From: an uncultured delta proteobacterium
GTDB taxonomy: Bacteria; Myxococcota_A; Polyangia; Polyangiales; JAFGIB01
Direction of reading: 5' to 3'
Length of the DNA stretch: 64,000 bases
NCBI GenBank assembly: GCA_963778655.1
Contig: CAVZVA010000009.1
Coordinates: 288,001 to 352,000, forward strand
The notes beneath the pieces were generated by a model, which was not told the origin of the DNA, ran no database searches, and worked only from the letters and a program-made list of their open reading frames with translations. Position numbers and translations under genes: made by a program. Of this stretch, positions 20,872-31,628 are shown piece after piece. Position 1 is the stretch's first letter, and each line of letters starts with the position of its first letter.

Positions 20872-21821
20872 GGGGTGATCTCGCGCAGCCACGCTGGCAT
20901 GAAGAGCAAGACGAACAGGCTCAGTGTGACCCAGGCCAGCACGCGCCGGCGCGGCGACAGCGGCCCAGGGTCGGTCGGGGGATGCTCGCGCCCGTCGCCG
21001 CGTCCGCCGAAGCGCGCCATCAGCGACAGCAGCAGCCACCACACCAGCCACGGCGTGCCTGCGCCGAGCTGACCCCACAGCGCGTCGCCGCGCTTGCCCG
21101 CCATGAACGCGGGCAGGCCGTAGAACAGCGCCACCGCGATGCCCAGCGGAAACAGCGCGCGCCGCAGCTTGCGCGAGAGATCCTGGTAGCGCTCGCCGAG
21201 CAGCGCGTAGGCCACGTGGCCGCCGTCGAGCTGCACCGCGGGGATCAGGTTCAGCATGGTCACCAGCAGCCCGGCCCAGCCCGCGAACGCCGTCGGCCCG
21301 AGCATGATGTCGTAGCCCTCGGGGATCGGTCCCTTGAGCAGGTGCAGCAGCGCGACGTAGAGCAGCGAGCGGCCCTCCATGAAATACACCACGCCGTGCG
21401 GCTCGGGCTGCACCGGCGAGTGCACGATCCCGTAGGCCAGCACCGGCAGCGCGACCACCAGCCCCGCCAGCGGGCCGGCCGCGCCGATGTCGAGCAGCGC
21501 GTCGCGGCGTGCGATGCGATCGCGCATCAGGATCACGGCGCCCATGGTGCCGAGTGGCGGCACCGGCAGCGGCACGAAGTATGGCGGTGAAGCGGGCACG
21601 CGATGGATGCGCGCCGCGACGTAGTGCCCGAGCTCGTGCGCGAGCAGGATCGCCATCAGCGGCACGGAGTAGCTGAGCCCGGAGAGCAGACCCTTGCCTT
21701 CGGCCCAGGCCGAGCCCACGAACGTGGTCGACACGCAGGTCAACGCGAACAGCCCCGCGGCCAGCGCAAAGCGCGGCTTGGGCGGCGGCGCGTCGTCGAG
21801 CTGGTCGTCCTCGTCGTTCAT
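20868..21821 (-). CDS. Site-2 protease (peptidase M50) family
   Basis: AHELGH, GTMGAVI, DIGAAGPLAG, NLIPAVQLDGGH; ATGA overlap with the upstream gene. Confidence 0.93.
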   Translation of the reverse strand: MNDEDDQLDDAPPPKPRFALAAGLFALTCVSTTFVGSAWAEGKGLLSGLSYSVPLMAILLAHELGHYVAARIHRVPASPPYFVPLPVPPLGTMGAVILMRDRIARRDALLDIGAAGPLAGLVVALPVLAYGIVHSPVQPEPHGVVYFMEGRSLLYVALLHLLKGPIPEGYDIMLGPTAFAGWAGLLVTMLNLIPAVQLDGGHVAYALLGERYQDLSRKLRRALFPLGIAVALFYGLPAFMAGKRGDALWGQLGAGTPWLVWWLLLSLMARFGGRGDGREHPPTDPGPLSPRRRVLAWVTLSLFVLLFMPAWLREITP

Positions 21822-22381
21822 GTCGCGCGCAAGGCGCGCGCGAGCGCCTGAAGCTGGGTCTCGATCCGGGCGTCGAGCGAGCCGAGCTCGCTCTGCACCA
21901 CGCAGTCGCCGCGCTCGAGGGTCGGATCGTGCTCGAGTTGCACGCCGGCCGCGAGCTCGGCCTGCGCGCACAGCGCCCGTAGACAGGGCTCGAGCGCCGC
22001 GCCGTCGTCGGGGTGCACGCGCAGGGTGACCTGGCGCGCGCGGCGCAGGCGGCGCAGCAGCGGAACGACCATCTCGGCCACGGCGGCGGGACGCACGCTG
22101 AGCTCCTGGCCGACGATGCGGCGCGCGGCGAGCAGCGCGAGCTCGACCGCCTGCGGCTCGAGCGCCTGCAGCGCGCGCTCGCGCTCCTGCGCCTGTGCGA
22201 GCAACCCGGCCGCCAGCTCGGCACGGCCCTCGGCGCGGCCCTCGACCCGCGCGGCGGCCGCGATCTGCTCGGCTTGGGCCCGGGCGCGCTCCAGGATTGC
22301 GCGTGCCTGCGCGGTGGCATCGGCCACCTCCGCGGCGATCACTGCGGGACCGGCTCGGTCGGCTCGGATCACGCGCCCCAC
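21818..22381 (-). CDS. FliH/SctL-like stator protein
   Basis: AxxxGxxxG (ARVEGRAEG), VTLRVHPDD, DPTLERGDCVVQSELGSLDARIETQL; GTG start at 22381. Confidence 0.85.
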   Translation of the reverse strand: MGRVIRADRAGPAVIAAEVADATAQARAILERARAQAEQIAAAARVEGRAEGRAELAAGLLAQAQERERALQALEPQAVELALLAARRIVGQELSVRPAAVAEMVVPLLRRLRRARQVTLRVHPDDGAALEPCLRALCAQAELAAGVQLEHDPTLERGDCVVQSELGSLDARIETQLQALARALRAT

Positions 22382-22385
22382 GGCG

Positions 22386-22772
22386 TCACCCTTCGGGCCG
22401 TGCGGCGAGCGCGCGCAGCAGCGCGAGCAGGCGCGGGTCGGGGACGAAGCCTGCGCGTGGCAGCGGCGCGCGTGCGAGCCAGCTGCGTCCGGTGGCGCCA
22501 CCGACGGCGGGCGCGAGCAGGGCGAGCGCGCGCGGCGGCCGGCCCGGTTGCGCCGTGGGCAGAGGCTCGCGCGCTTGCAACAGGGCGCGCACCCAGGCAC
22601 GCCGCCCGTCGCGATCGGTCGCGGCCATCCGCGTGGCGACCTGAAGCGCGCGCTCGGCAACCGCCGCCGAGAGCCCGCGCACGGTCGCGGCGGCCCCACG
22701 ATTGGCGTGCGCGGCTGCGGCCAGCGCGAATCCCTGCTGACGGCGCTGCGACCATTCCACGGCGCCTGGCAT
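22386..22772 (-). CDS. Hypothetical protein, 128 aa, in an SctK-like position
   Basis: ORF ends 4 nt before the SctL-like start; Ala/Arg-rich helical; no recognisable motif. Confidence 0.5.
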   Translation of the reverse strand: MPGAVEWSQRRQQGFALAAAAHANRGAAATVRGLSAAVAERALQVATRMAATDRDGRRAWVRALLQAREPLPTAQPGRPPRALALLAPAVGGATGRSWLARAPLPRAGFVPDPRLLALLRALAARPEG

Positions 22773-22836
22773 AGCACACTTGGCTCACGCCGGCCGCCGC
22801 TGCCCCTGCGCCCGTTGCCGGTATACTTGCGGCATC

Positions 22837-23834
<998 letters not shown>

Positions 23835-23838
<4 letters not shown>

Positions 23839-25139
23839 CCAACACCGCGAACGCGCTCCGCTACTGGCCCCAGACCGACGTCGGCAGGCTGCGTGACGGC
23901 AACGAGGACAGCTTCCTGGTCGACAAGGGGCTGAACCTGGCGGTGGTCGCGGACGGCATGGGCGGGCACGCGGCGGGCGAGATCGCGAGCGGCCTCGCGG
24001 TGCACGTGCTACGCGACACCCTGCACGGCGACAAGGGCCTGCTGGAGGCGTTCGAGCGCGGCGTCGGCGTCACCGGGCGCAAGGACGTGCTGCGGCTGCT
24101 GGAGCTGGCGGTGCAAAAGGCCTGCGCCGCGATCTACGCCGAGGCCCAGCGCGATCCGGGCAAACGCGGCATGGGCACGACCGTGGTCGCGCTGCTGATC
24201 CTCGGCAGCCGCGGGTTCATCGCGCATGTGGGCGATTCGCGCATCTACCTGCTGCGCGGCGGCGCGGCGCATCAGCTGACCGAGGATCACTCCCTGATCA
24301 ACGAGCTGCTCAAGCGCGGCCGCTTGACCCCGGAGCAGATCGGCAAGCTCAACATGAAGAACGCGGTCACTCGGGCGGTGGGGGTGTACGAGAGCGTGGA
24401 AGTCGACACGCTGGATTTCGACGTGCTGGCCGGAGACCGCTTCCTGCTGTGCAGCGACGGCCTGACCGAGTACGCCGAGCCCGCCGACATCCTGCGCATT
24501 TTCGCCGAGATGCCCGAGGAAGAGCTGGCGCAGGCGTTCATCGATCACGCCAACCAGGCGGGTGGCAAGGACAACATCACGGCGCTGGTGGTGTCGGTGC
24601 CCGATGCCGCGGCCGGGCTCGACCGGCTCGCCAGCGAGGTCAATCTCAAGCTCGAGACGCTGCACCGCATGCCGCTTTTCCGCCACCTCACCTATCAGGA
24701 GCTGGTGAGGGTGATGAACATCGTCGACGTGCGCGACTTCGTCGCCGAGCAACGCGTGATCGAGGAGGGCGAGGAGGGCGACGAAATGTTCATCGTCCTG
24801 ACCGGCGAGGTGCGCGTGCACTCGGGCGACACCAAGATCACCGCGCTCGGCCCGGGCCAACACTTCGGCGAGATGGCGCTGGTCGACAAGGTGCCGCGCA
24901 GCGCGAGCGTCACGGCGGAGAAGCCGGCCAAGCTGATGGTGATGCGGCGGCGCGATTTCTTCGACATCGTGCGCAAGGATCACGACGTCGCGGTCAAGCT
25001 GCTGTGGGCGTTCCTGGGCGTGCTCACCGAGCGCCTGCGCCGCACCTCCCACGACCTCGGCGACGCCCGCGACCAGCTCGCCCTGCTGCTGACCAGCGAG
25101 ATGTTGAGCGATGCGGACGTGCAGGAGATAAAAGGGTAG
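23835..25139 (+). CDS. PP2C/PPM Ser/Thr phosphatase fused to a cyclic-nucleotide-binding domain
   Basis: TDVGRLR..NED, VADGMGGH, GMGTT, HVGDSR, LCSDGL, GGKDNIT; cNMP cassette FGEMALVDKVPRSASV; GTGA overlap. Confidence 0.93.
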
Positions 25140-25165
25140 CCAAGCCAAGAGCACGGCGATCGGCC

Positions 25166-26035
25166 TCAGCGTTTGATCGCGTTGGCCAGGCGTTCGTAGC
25201 TGATCAAGGGCTCGCGGCTGGGGGAAGGGCAGAGCGCGTGGGCCCAGTCGCGGGTGTCGGTGTCGTCTTCGAGCGCGAAGCCCTCTTCGTGCAGCCAGCG
25301 CGCCATCTGCTCCGCGGACACGGCGCTGTGCAGCGGCTCGCCGAGCAGGCGCATCGAGGCCAGCAGCAGCGGCCTGGCGTGACGCAGCCACACCAGATCG
25401 GGCGTGACGTAGGTCAAGAGCAGGCGAGAGCCGGGCGCCGACGCCAGGCCGATCTCGTGCAGCAATTGCGGGATCGCTGGGGGCTCGAGGTAGGGCACGA
25501 GCCCCTCCACGATCCACAGGCTGGGCTCCGCGCCGCTGTGTCCCGCGGCCGCCAGCGCCTGCTGCAGCCGGCCGCTCTCCAGATCGAGCGCCACGTAGCG
25601 CAGCTCCCCCGCGAGCACCACCAGATCGCGGGTGCGCTCGCGCTTTTCGCGCTGGCTGTCGGGGTGGTCGACCTCGTAGACGCGCGCGTCGCGCAGCGCG
25701 GCCAGCCTGTACGCCCGCGTGTCGAGCCCTGCACCCAGGATCACGACCTGGTGCGTGCCTTGCTCCAGCGCTGCCTGCACGCGCTGGTCGATCGCGGCGC
25801 TTCGCAGCGCCAGGTGGTCGACCATGCCCAGGCTGGCGTGTGTGGCGGCGCTCGCGATCCAGCCCCGACCGGCGTCGCCTGCTCGCAGCGCCTGAACGGC
25901 AAGCGAAAGCGGCCGGGGCAACAGGCGTTCGGCGATGCGATCGCCGGGATCGAGCAGGGCGCCTTTCGTGCTCGAGGCGAGCGCCCGCGCAGCGGCCACG
26001 GCCGCGGCAGTCAGACTGGCGTGTCCTCTACGCAT
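25166..26035 (-). CDS. Class I SAM-dependent methyltransferase (LCM/TIGR00027-like)
   Basis: QVVILGAGLDTRAYRL, YEVDHP, YVALDL, WIVEGLVPYL. Confidence 0.9.
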   Translation of the reverse strand: MRRGHASLTAAAVAAARALASSTKGALLDPGDRIAERLLPRPLSLAVQALRAGDAGRGWIASAATHASLGMVDHLALRSAAIDQRVQAALEQGTHQVVILGAGLDTRAYRLAALRDARVYEVDHPDSQREKRERTRDLVVLAGELRYVALDLESGRLQQALAAAGHSGAEPSLWIVEGLVPYLEPPAIPQLLHEIGLASAPGSRLLLTYVTPDLVWLRHARPLLLASMRLLGEPLHSAVSAEQMARWLHEEGFALEDDTDTRDWAHALCPSPSREPLISYERLANAIKR

Positions 26036-26113
26036 CTAGCGAGGCTGTGTCCCGGACCCGTTCGACACGTTGCTCGGCTCGCGTCGAGACTGGGCCTCGC
26101 TAGCTTCTGTGAC

Positions 26114-26192
26114 CGGGAGGGGCACGCGCCTCTCCCGCCCCGTCGGCAAAGCCGCCGGCGCTCCACCCGTCCGCGGGGTCGCTTCGCTCCGC
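26114..26192 (-). repeat. Dispersed twin-hairpin repeat copy
   Basis: Minus strand GAGCGAAGCGA...GGGTGGAG-CGCCGGCGGC-TTT-GCCGACGGGG-CGGGAGAGGC-GCGT-GCCCCTCCCG. Confidence 0.85.
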
Positions 26193-26395
26193 TTTCCGCA
26201 GCTCGAATCAGTTGTGCGCATCAGCCAACCCCTGTTTGTCTACGGCTCGAAGCGGTGTCGCCGTCGATGGCAGCGGGCGACTCCGCGAGCTGAATTCTAG
26301 CACGCGGTGCCTCTCTTTTCGCTCGAGCAAATCGTGGTATCGTCCGCGCTCGCCGGGAGGGTCGCGCGGGGCCTTCGCCTCCGGCTCCGTGGCGC

Positions 26396-27778
26396 ATGAG
26401 GTTACTCCAGCGCGTTCTGATTCGGGTCTCGCCCCTGGCCGCGTGGCTTGTGCTGCTCGTGGCGCCGCAGACCGCGCGTGCCGATCAGCCCAGCGGTCCG
26501 CTGATGCAGAAGCCGATCGGGTATACCGACGTCGCCGACGCCTTCGATCAGGACAACCCCGTCGACCTCAATCTCGAGCTCGGGTACGTGCGCAACATGA
26601 CCTCCGGCACGATCGAGCGCGAGGTGGCCGACGCGTCGTCGCAGGACGGTCGCAGCACGCGCCATCACGTAGATGTCGCGCGCAGCGTGCGCGTCAGGAA
26701 CGAGCTCGCGTTGCGGTTGGAGGTCGGCATCTGGCACGATCTCATGTTGTTCCTGCGCCTGCCGATCGTGCTCAGCGACGACAACGAGCTGCGCCCCGTG
26801 AGCGGCTCGAAGTGTGCGTCCGCGACCAACGACCAGGGTTGTCCTGCCCTGTCGGAGCCGGTAGGTGGAACGGCAGCGGCGCCGACCACGCAACCGCTCT
26901 TCAACCTCAGCGACAAGCTGGTCTCGGCGCGGCGCTCGGGTCTGCCGAACGTCGATGTCGGCGCGGCGTGGGCGCCGATGAACCAGTATCGCTCGCCGTA
27001 CCTGCCTACGTGGGTCTTGGTCTTCCGGATCTCGGCCAACACGGGCAGCGTGATGCGCCCCTGCGTGCAAGGCGGAACGACGGGCTGCAAGCCGGGCGTG
27101 AGCCACGGCACCGCGGGGCTCACGCTCGAGTCGCGCTGGTCCTATCGCTACCGCTATCTCGAGCCCTTCCTGGGCATCAGCCACACCTTCACCTGGGTGG
27201 CGGGCGGCCAGAGCGTCTACGCCCCCCTGGGCAAGCTCGAGGGAGTCGTCGACGACGGACCGCCTTCGTTCACGCAGGGCACGCTGGGCACCGCCTTCAT
27301 CCCCTGGGAGGATCGTGGGCGCTGGCAGCGCTTGGAGATCGACTTGCGCGGCACCGCCACCCTGATCTCTGCGGGCCGCGATTTCTCGCCGCTGTTCGAC
27401 GCGCTCGGCGCGTCCAACAACCCGCAGCTCAAGCAGCCCAACATGGCGCCCAACGGGCGCTCGCTACAATTCACCGGACTCACCAACGTCGAGAGTCACG
27501 CGCGTCTCGGGATCCGCGCCGCGGTCGCGGTGCAGGCCGCGCGCCACGTGCGCTTCGGTCTGGGCCTGGGCTTCTCCTTCCTGACCACGCATCTGATCAC
27601 CGGCGCCCCGCCCTGCGACGTCAGCGCGAGCACGCCCGTGGCCGGCGGCAGCAATGGCTGCGCAGCGGGTGTCTACAACCCGGTGCACCGGCCCGCCATC
27701 GACACTCCGGGCCGGCGCTTCCGGCTCGAGGGCGACCTGGACGTACAGCTCTCCGGCACGGCTACCGGTCAGTTCTAG
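26396..27778 (+). CDS. Putative outer-membrane beta-barrel protein with Cys-containing loops
   Basis: Signal peptide ARA|D, alternating beta strands, C-terminal Phe (TATGQF). Confidence 0.7.
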   Translation: MRLLQRVLIRVSPLAAWLVLLVAPQTARADQPSGPLMQKPIGYTDVADAFDQDNPVDLNLELGYVRNMTSGTIEREVADASSQDGRSTRHHVDVARSVRVRNELALRLEVGIWHDLMLFLRLPIVLSDDNELRPVSGSKCASATNDQGCPALSEPVGGTAAAPTTQPLFNLSDKLVSARRSGLPNVDVGAAWAPMNQYRSPYLPTWVLVFRISANTGSVMRPCVQGGTTGCKPGVSHGTAGLTLESRWSYRYRYLEPFLGISHTFTWVAGGQSVYAPLGKLEGVVDDGPPSFTQGTLGTAFIPWEDRGRWQRLEIDLRGTATLISAGRDFSPLFDALGASNNPQLKQPNMAPNGRSLQFTGLTNVESHARLGIRAAVAVQAARHVRFGLGLGFSFLTTHLITGAPPCDVSASTPVAGGSNGCAAGVYNPVHRPAIDTPGRRFRLEGDLDVQLSGTATGQF

Positions 27779-27811
27779 CCGCTCGTGGCCGGGCGATCGA
27801 TTCAGGAGCTC

Positions 27812-27879
27812 ACAGGAAGGCGGCAAGCTGGGAAGAAGGCCGCCAATCCTCAGCGCTTCTCGTCTTCCCGCCTTCCTGT
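27812..27879. terminator. Long hairpin between convergent genes (possible bidirectional terminator or REP)
   Basis: ACAGGAAGGCGG ... CCGCCTTCCTGT perfect 12-bp inverted repeat, 15/16 when extended. Confidence 0.6.
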
Positions 27880-27880
27880 T

Positions 27881-28738
27881 TCATGTGCGCCGGCCTCGCG
27901 CGGCGAGCGCTTGCACGCGCGCGTAGACCAGCCGGCGGGGCAGGCCGGTCTCGCGCGCCAGCTGGCGGGTCGCGTCGCGCGCCGAGACGCCGGCAGCGAG
28001 CAGGGCCGCGATGCGCGGCTCGAGCGCGGGCCCGGGCTCGGCGCTCGCCGGCGCCACGGCTGCGCGCGGGCCGCTGCCCACGACCACCGTGATTTCACCA
28101 CGCGTGCCTTGCGCGAAGTGCGCGCACAGCTCGGCAGCGGTCCCCCGCACGACTTGCTCGTGCAGCTTGGTCAGCTCGCGGCACACCGCGAGCCGTCGCT
28201 CCGGCGCCAGCCGCGGCGCGAGCTCGGCGAGCGTGGCGCAGAGCCGCGCCGGCGACTCAAAGAACACGCTGGTCGACGGATCGCCCGCGATGGCGTCGAG
28301 CCACGCCCGCCGTTTGGCCCCGCTGCGGGGCGCAAAGCCGGCAAAGCGGAAGGCGTCGAACGGCAGCCCGCACACGCTGAGCGCCGCGACCACGGCGCTC
28401 GGGCCGGGAATGCTCTCGATCGCGGCCCCGCGTTCCGAAGCGGCGCGTACCAAGCTCGCGCCCGGATCGCTGATCAGCGGCGTGCCCGCGTCGGTCACCA
28501 GCGCCAGGTGAAGGCCGGCGTCGAGGTCGGCCAGGCAACGCTCGAGCACGGCCGGGCTCGAGTGCGCGTGCAGCGCGCGCAGCTTGGCCGCGATGCCGTG
28601 ATGCGACAGCAGCTTCCGCGTCTGCCGCGTGTCCTCGGCCAGTACCGTGTCCGCCTCCCGCAGCGTGCGCAGCGCGCGCAGCGTGATGTCCTCGAGGTGG
28701 CCGATCGGCGTGGCCACGATCGAGAGCCGGCCCGCCAA
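27881..28738 (-). CDS. rsmI: 16S rRNA C1402 2'-O-methyltransferase
   Basis: VATPIGHLEDITLRAL, AEDTR, LVTDAGTPLISDPG, IPGPSA, FFESPAR, CRELTKLHE, RGEITVVV; TTG start. Confidence 0.95.
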   Translation of the reverse strand: MAGRLSIVATPIGHLEDITLRALRTLREADTVLAEDTRQTRKLLSHHGIAAKLRALHAHSSPAVLERCLADLDAGLHLALVTDAGTPLISDPGASLVRAASERGAAIESIPGPSAVVAALSVCGLPFDAFRFAGFAPRSGAKRRAWLDAIAGDPSTSVFFESPARLCATLAELAPRLAPERRLAVCRELTKLHEQVVRGTAAELCAHFAQGTRGEITVVVGSGPRAAVAPASAEPGPALEPRIAALLAAGVSARDATRQLARETGLPRRLVYARVQALAARGRRT

Positions 28739-28740
28739 TC

Positions 28741-29796
28741 CTAATCTCCGAGCACGCCCTCGCCCAGCTCGCGGGCGAGGTATTCCTTGAGCCGCAGCTG
28801 CACGCGCTTTTCCAGCTGGCGCACGCGCTCGCGGCTGACCCCGAACTCCTCGCCCAGGTCCTGCAGCGTGCGCGGCTCGTCCGCAAGCATGCGCTGGTGG
28901 AAGATGCGAGCCTCCTTGCCCTGCAGGCGCTTGCCGAATTCGCCGATCTTCGCGTGCACCAAGTCGTTGACCTCGGCGTCGGCCAGCACGTCGTCCACGC
29001 GGCGAGCGCTTTCGGCCAGTAGCTCGACGCGGCTGGGCGAGCCGTCCTCGGCGCCGCGCACCGGCGTGTCGAGCGAGGCGTCGCCGGCCGACAGCCTGCG
29101 CTCCATCTGCACGACGTCGTCCTCCGGCACGTTGAGTCGCTTGCCGATGATCGCAGCGGTCGGCTCGATGCCCATCGCGGCCAGGCGCGCGCGCTCCTTG
29201 CGCAGATTGAAGAAGAGCTTGCGTTGCGCCTGGGTGGTCCCGAGCTTGACCAGCCGCGCGTTGTTGAGGATGAAGCGCAAGATGTACGCGCGGATCCACC
29301 AGGCCGCGTAGGTCGATAGCTTGACCCCCTTGTAAGGGTCGTACTTCTTGACCGCCTGCATCAGCCCGATGCTGCCTTCCTGGATCAAGTCGGGGATCTG
29401 CTTGTGCGCGCGACGGTACTCGTAGGCGATCTTGACCACCAGGCGCAGATTGGCCGTGACCAAGGTGGCTGCTGCATCCAGGTCGCCGTGCTCATAGTAC
29501 TTGAGCGCCGCCTCGCGCTCCTCCGCAGGCGTGAGCAGGCGGTGGCGCTGCACGTCGCGCATGTACGCTTGCAGCGGGTCGTAGCGCGCGAGCGGCCCAG
29601 TCTTGCTCGCGGCGCTCCTTCGCGTCTCGCCCTCGGAGGCCGCGAGCGAGCCCTCGTCGACCAGCTCGGCCGCCAAGGCGTCCCCGTCGTCGCCGTCGGA
29701 CGCGCGCGCGGCTTGGTCATCGCCTCGTGCGTCCTCGTGGTCGGTCGGCGGCGGCCGCGCGCTCCTGCGATCGGCGGATTCCATCAGGTCGGGCAT
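28741..29796 (-). CDS. Sigma-32 (RpoH-like) sigma factor
   Basis: ANLRLVVKIA, DLIQEG.IGLM.AV.KYDP, RpoH box GTTQAQRKLFFNLR, region 4 GVSRERVRQLE. Confidence 0.93.
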   Translation of the reverse strand: MPDLMESADRRSARPPPTDHEDARGDDQAARASDGDDGDALAAELVDEGSLAASEGETRRSAASKTGPLARYDPLQAYMRDVQRHRLLTPAEEREAALKYYEHGDLDAAATLVTANLRLVVKIAYEYRRAHKQIPDLIQEGSIGLMQAVKKYDPYKGVKLSTYAAWWIRAYILRFILNNARLVKLGTTQAQRKLFFNLRKERARLAAMGIEPTAAIIGKRLNVPEDDVVQMERRLSAGDASLDTPVRGAEDGSPSRVELLAESARRVDDVLADAEVNDLVHAKIGEFGKRLQGKEARIFHQRMLADEPRTLQDLGEEFGVSRERVRQLEKRVQLRLKEYLARELGEGVLGD

Positions 29797-29846
29797 CCTA
29801 GTCCCGCATCGGCAATCCGTCTACTCGACGCGCCTTAGGGACACCC

Positions 29847-30039
29847 CTAAATCAGAGCTCGCGATTCGGGGTCGAATCACAAACTCTGATTTCTCCTTTG
29901 ATTGTCAGGGAGTCGCGCCGACTCCCTCTGCACGAGGCAAAGCCTCGCGCATTCACCCTCTCGTGGTGGTGTGGCATCCGCCGCAGCCGCTACATGACCG
30001 ATCGGCATGGCCGTTCCCGAATCGTGATCGGTCATTTAG
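29847..30039. mobile_element. 193-bp MITE-like element, copy 2
   Basis: Same length and ends as 20679..20871, roughly 90% identical by eye. Confidence 0.8.
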
Positions 30040-31019
30040 CGCACGCGGATCTTGCGGATCGGCGCGGCGCTCGGCGCTGCCGGGGCCGCGCGCAGGCCGA
30101 TCAGCGGCCCGTTGATGCGGAAGCGCATCATCCCGTCGGGCCCCTTGAAGCGCCGCAAGCTGGCGTTCATCAGCTCCAGCATCGCCTTGGTGCGGGCGTT
30201 TTTCTTCGCGTACGCGTCGTTGACCTTGACCCCGAGCGTCAGATCCGCCCAGGACTGTCTGAGGTTGCGCACCAGGCGCACCGAGCCCGAGCCGCTGAGC
30301 TCCAAGTCCTTGCCCTTGGCTTCCATGCGCTCGACCGTCGCGATGCCTTCCTTGACGCTGAGCTTGAGCTCGAGCGTGCCGGCGTTGATGGTCTCGAGCG
30401 TCAGCCCACCGGCCATGCCCGGGATCTTGACCTTCGCCTTGCCGTCGCCGAGGCGAAGGTTCTCCACGCGCAGGTCGACGTTGCCCTGGGTCTCGGCCGG
30501 CTGATCCGAGAGCGTGACGTCCAGCTCGCCGCTGGCAGCGCCGGAGATCGGGATCCCCAGCTGGTTGCCGAGCGCCAGCCGGCCGAGGTCGAACGCGTCG
30601 AGCTCCGCCTGAACCCGCGCCGGGCCGGTCTTCTTTGCGGAGTAGCTGCCGCTGATCTCGCCGTCGCCTGCGACCGCGTCGAAGTGCACGCCGAGACCAC
30701 CGAAGAGCATGGTGAAGGGGGCGGCGCTGACCGTGAGCTTGTCGAGCTCGACGCTGCTCGGGGCGGCGCCGGGGGCCGCCGGCCGCTGCAGCTTCACCGA
30801 CCTGAAGGTGATGCCGGTGAGCCAGTGGGGTCCCTGATCGCCGATCTCCAGCTTGGTGCCGGGTGCGGCCGCGCTGGAGACCTTCGCCACCAGCAAGTCG
30901 CTCACACGCTCGTAGGGAAAGCTCAGGTAGGCGAAGAACACGAAGCACACCAGGAAGAATGCGCCGTATCCGGTCCCGACCATCAGGTTCTTGCGCGTGA
31001 TCGCCAGCATTGCTTGCAC
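30036..31019 (-). CDS. gspN: Type II secretion protein N
   Basis: N-terminal TM followed by SFPYERV, beta-rich body; last gene of the operon. Confidence 0.8.
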   Translation of the reverse strand: MQAMLAITRKNLMVGTGYGAFFLVCFVFFAYLSFPYERVSDLLVAKVSSAAAPGTKLEIGDQGPHWLTGITFRSVKLQRPAAPGAAPSSVELDKLTVSAAPFTMLFGGLGVHFDAVAGDGEISGSYSAKKTGPARVQAELDAFDLGRLALGNQLGIPISGAASGELDVTLSDQPAETQGNVDLRVENLRLGDGKAKVKIPGMAGGLTLETINAGTLELKLSVKEGIATVERMEAKGKDLELSGSGSVRLVRNLRQSWADLTLGVKVNDAYAKKNARTKAMLELMNASLRRFKGPDGMMRFRINGPLIGLRAAPAAPSAAPIRKIRVR

Positions 31020-31025
31020 GGTCCT

Positions 31026-31628
31026 TCAGCCGTCCGACGGGTTCGGTCCCATCCGTTCCGCCTTGGCCCCGGCGGGCTTGGCCTTGGTCTCCTTGTGATC
31101 GAAGGTCAGCACGCCCAGCTTGAAGCGGTAGCTGTCGCCGGGTTGGTAGTGCTCGATCTGCAGCTGGTCGATCGCGACCGGATAGGGGCTGGTGATGATG
31201 CCGTCCAGCAGCTCGACGATGCCGGTCAGGTCCACGTTGTTGATCGACGCGCGCACGCTGCGCCGCCGGTAGCTGCCCTCGGCCTTCTCCGGCTGATCGG
31301 TGACTTCGGTGATGGTCAGGCTCTGCTTTTTGGCCTGCTGCTCCAGAAAGGTGCCTAGCGGCGGGGTGTGGTGTGCGTAGCGCTCGGCCGCGAGCTTGCG
31401 TGCCTCGGCGAGCTGCTCCAGCTGGCCCCGGTGCTTCCCGATCAGCTGGAGTGCCTCGCGCAGCTCTGTGTTCGTCTCCTCGATTTCGGCGTTCTGGCGC
31501 GCGGTCCAGAACAGCGGGAAACCCAGCACGCAGACCGTGGCGACCACCCCGAGCACCGCGACCATGCGCTTCTCGCGGTCGTTGAGGTCGTCCCACATGC
31601 CGCGGGCTCGCTCGAGCAGCGCGTTCAT
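31026..31628 (-). CDS. gspM: Type II secretion protein M
   Basis: WDDLNDREKRMV + TM + coiled coil + ferredoxin-like tail; ATGA overlap with gspL. Confidence 0.85.
   Translation of the reverse strand: MNALLERARGMWDDLNDREKRMVAVLGVVATVCVLGFPLFWTARQNAEIEETNTELREALQLIGKHRGQLEQLAEARKLAAERYAHHTPPLGTFLEQQAKKQSLTITEVTDQPEKAEGSYRRRSVRASINNVDLTGIVELLDGIITSPYPVAIDQLQIEHYQPGDSYRFKLGVLTFDHKETKAKPAGAKAERMGPNPSDG

Noticed and set aside
21818..22381. Flagellar or complete T3SS locus
   Set aside because: No other fli/sct genes in the window
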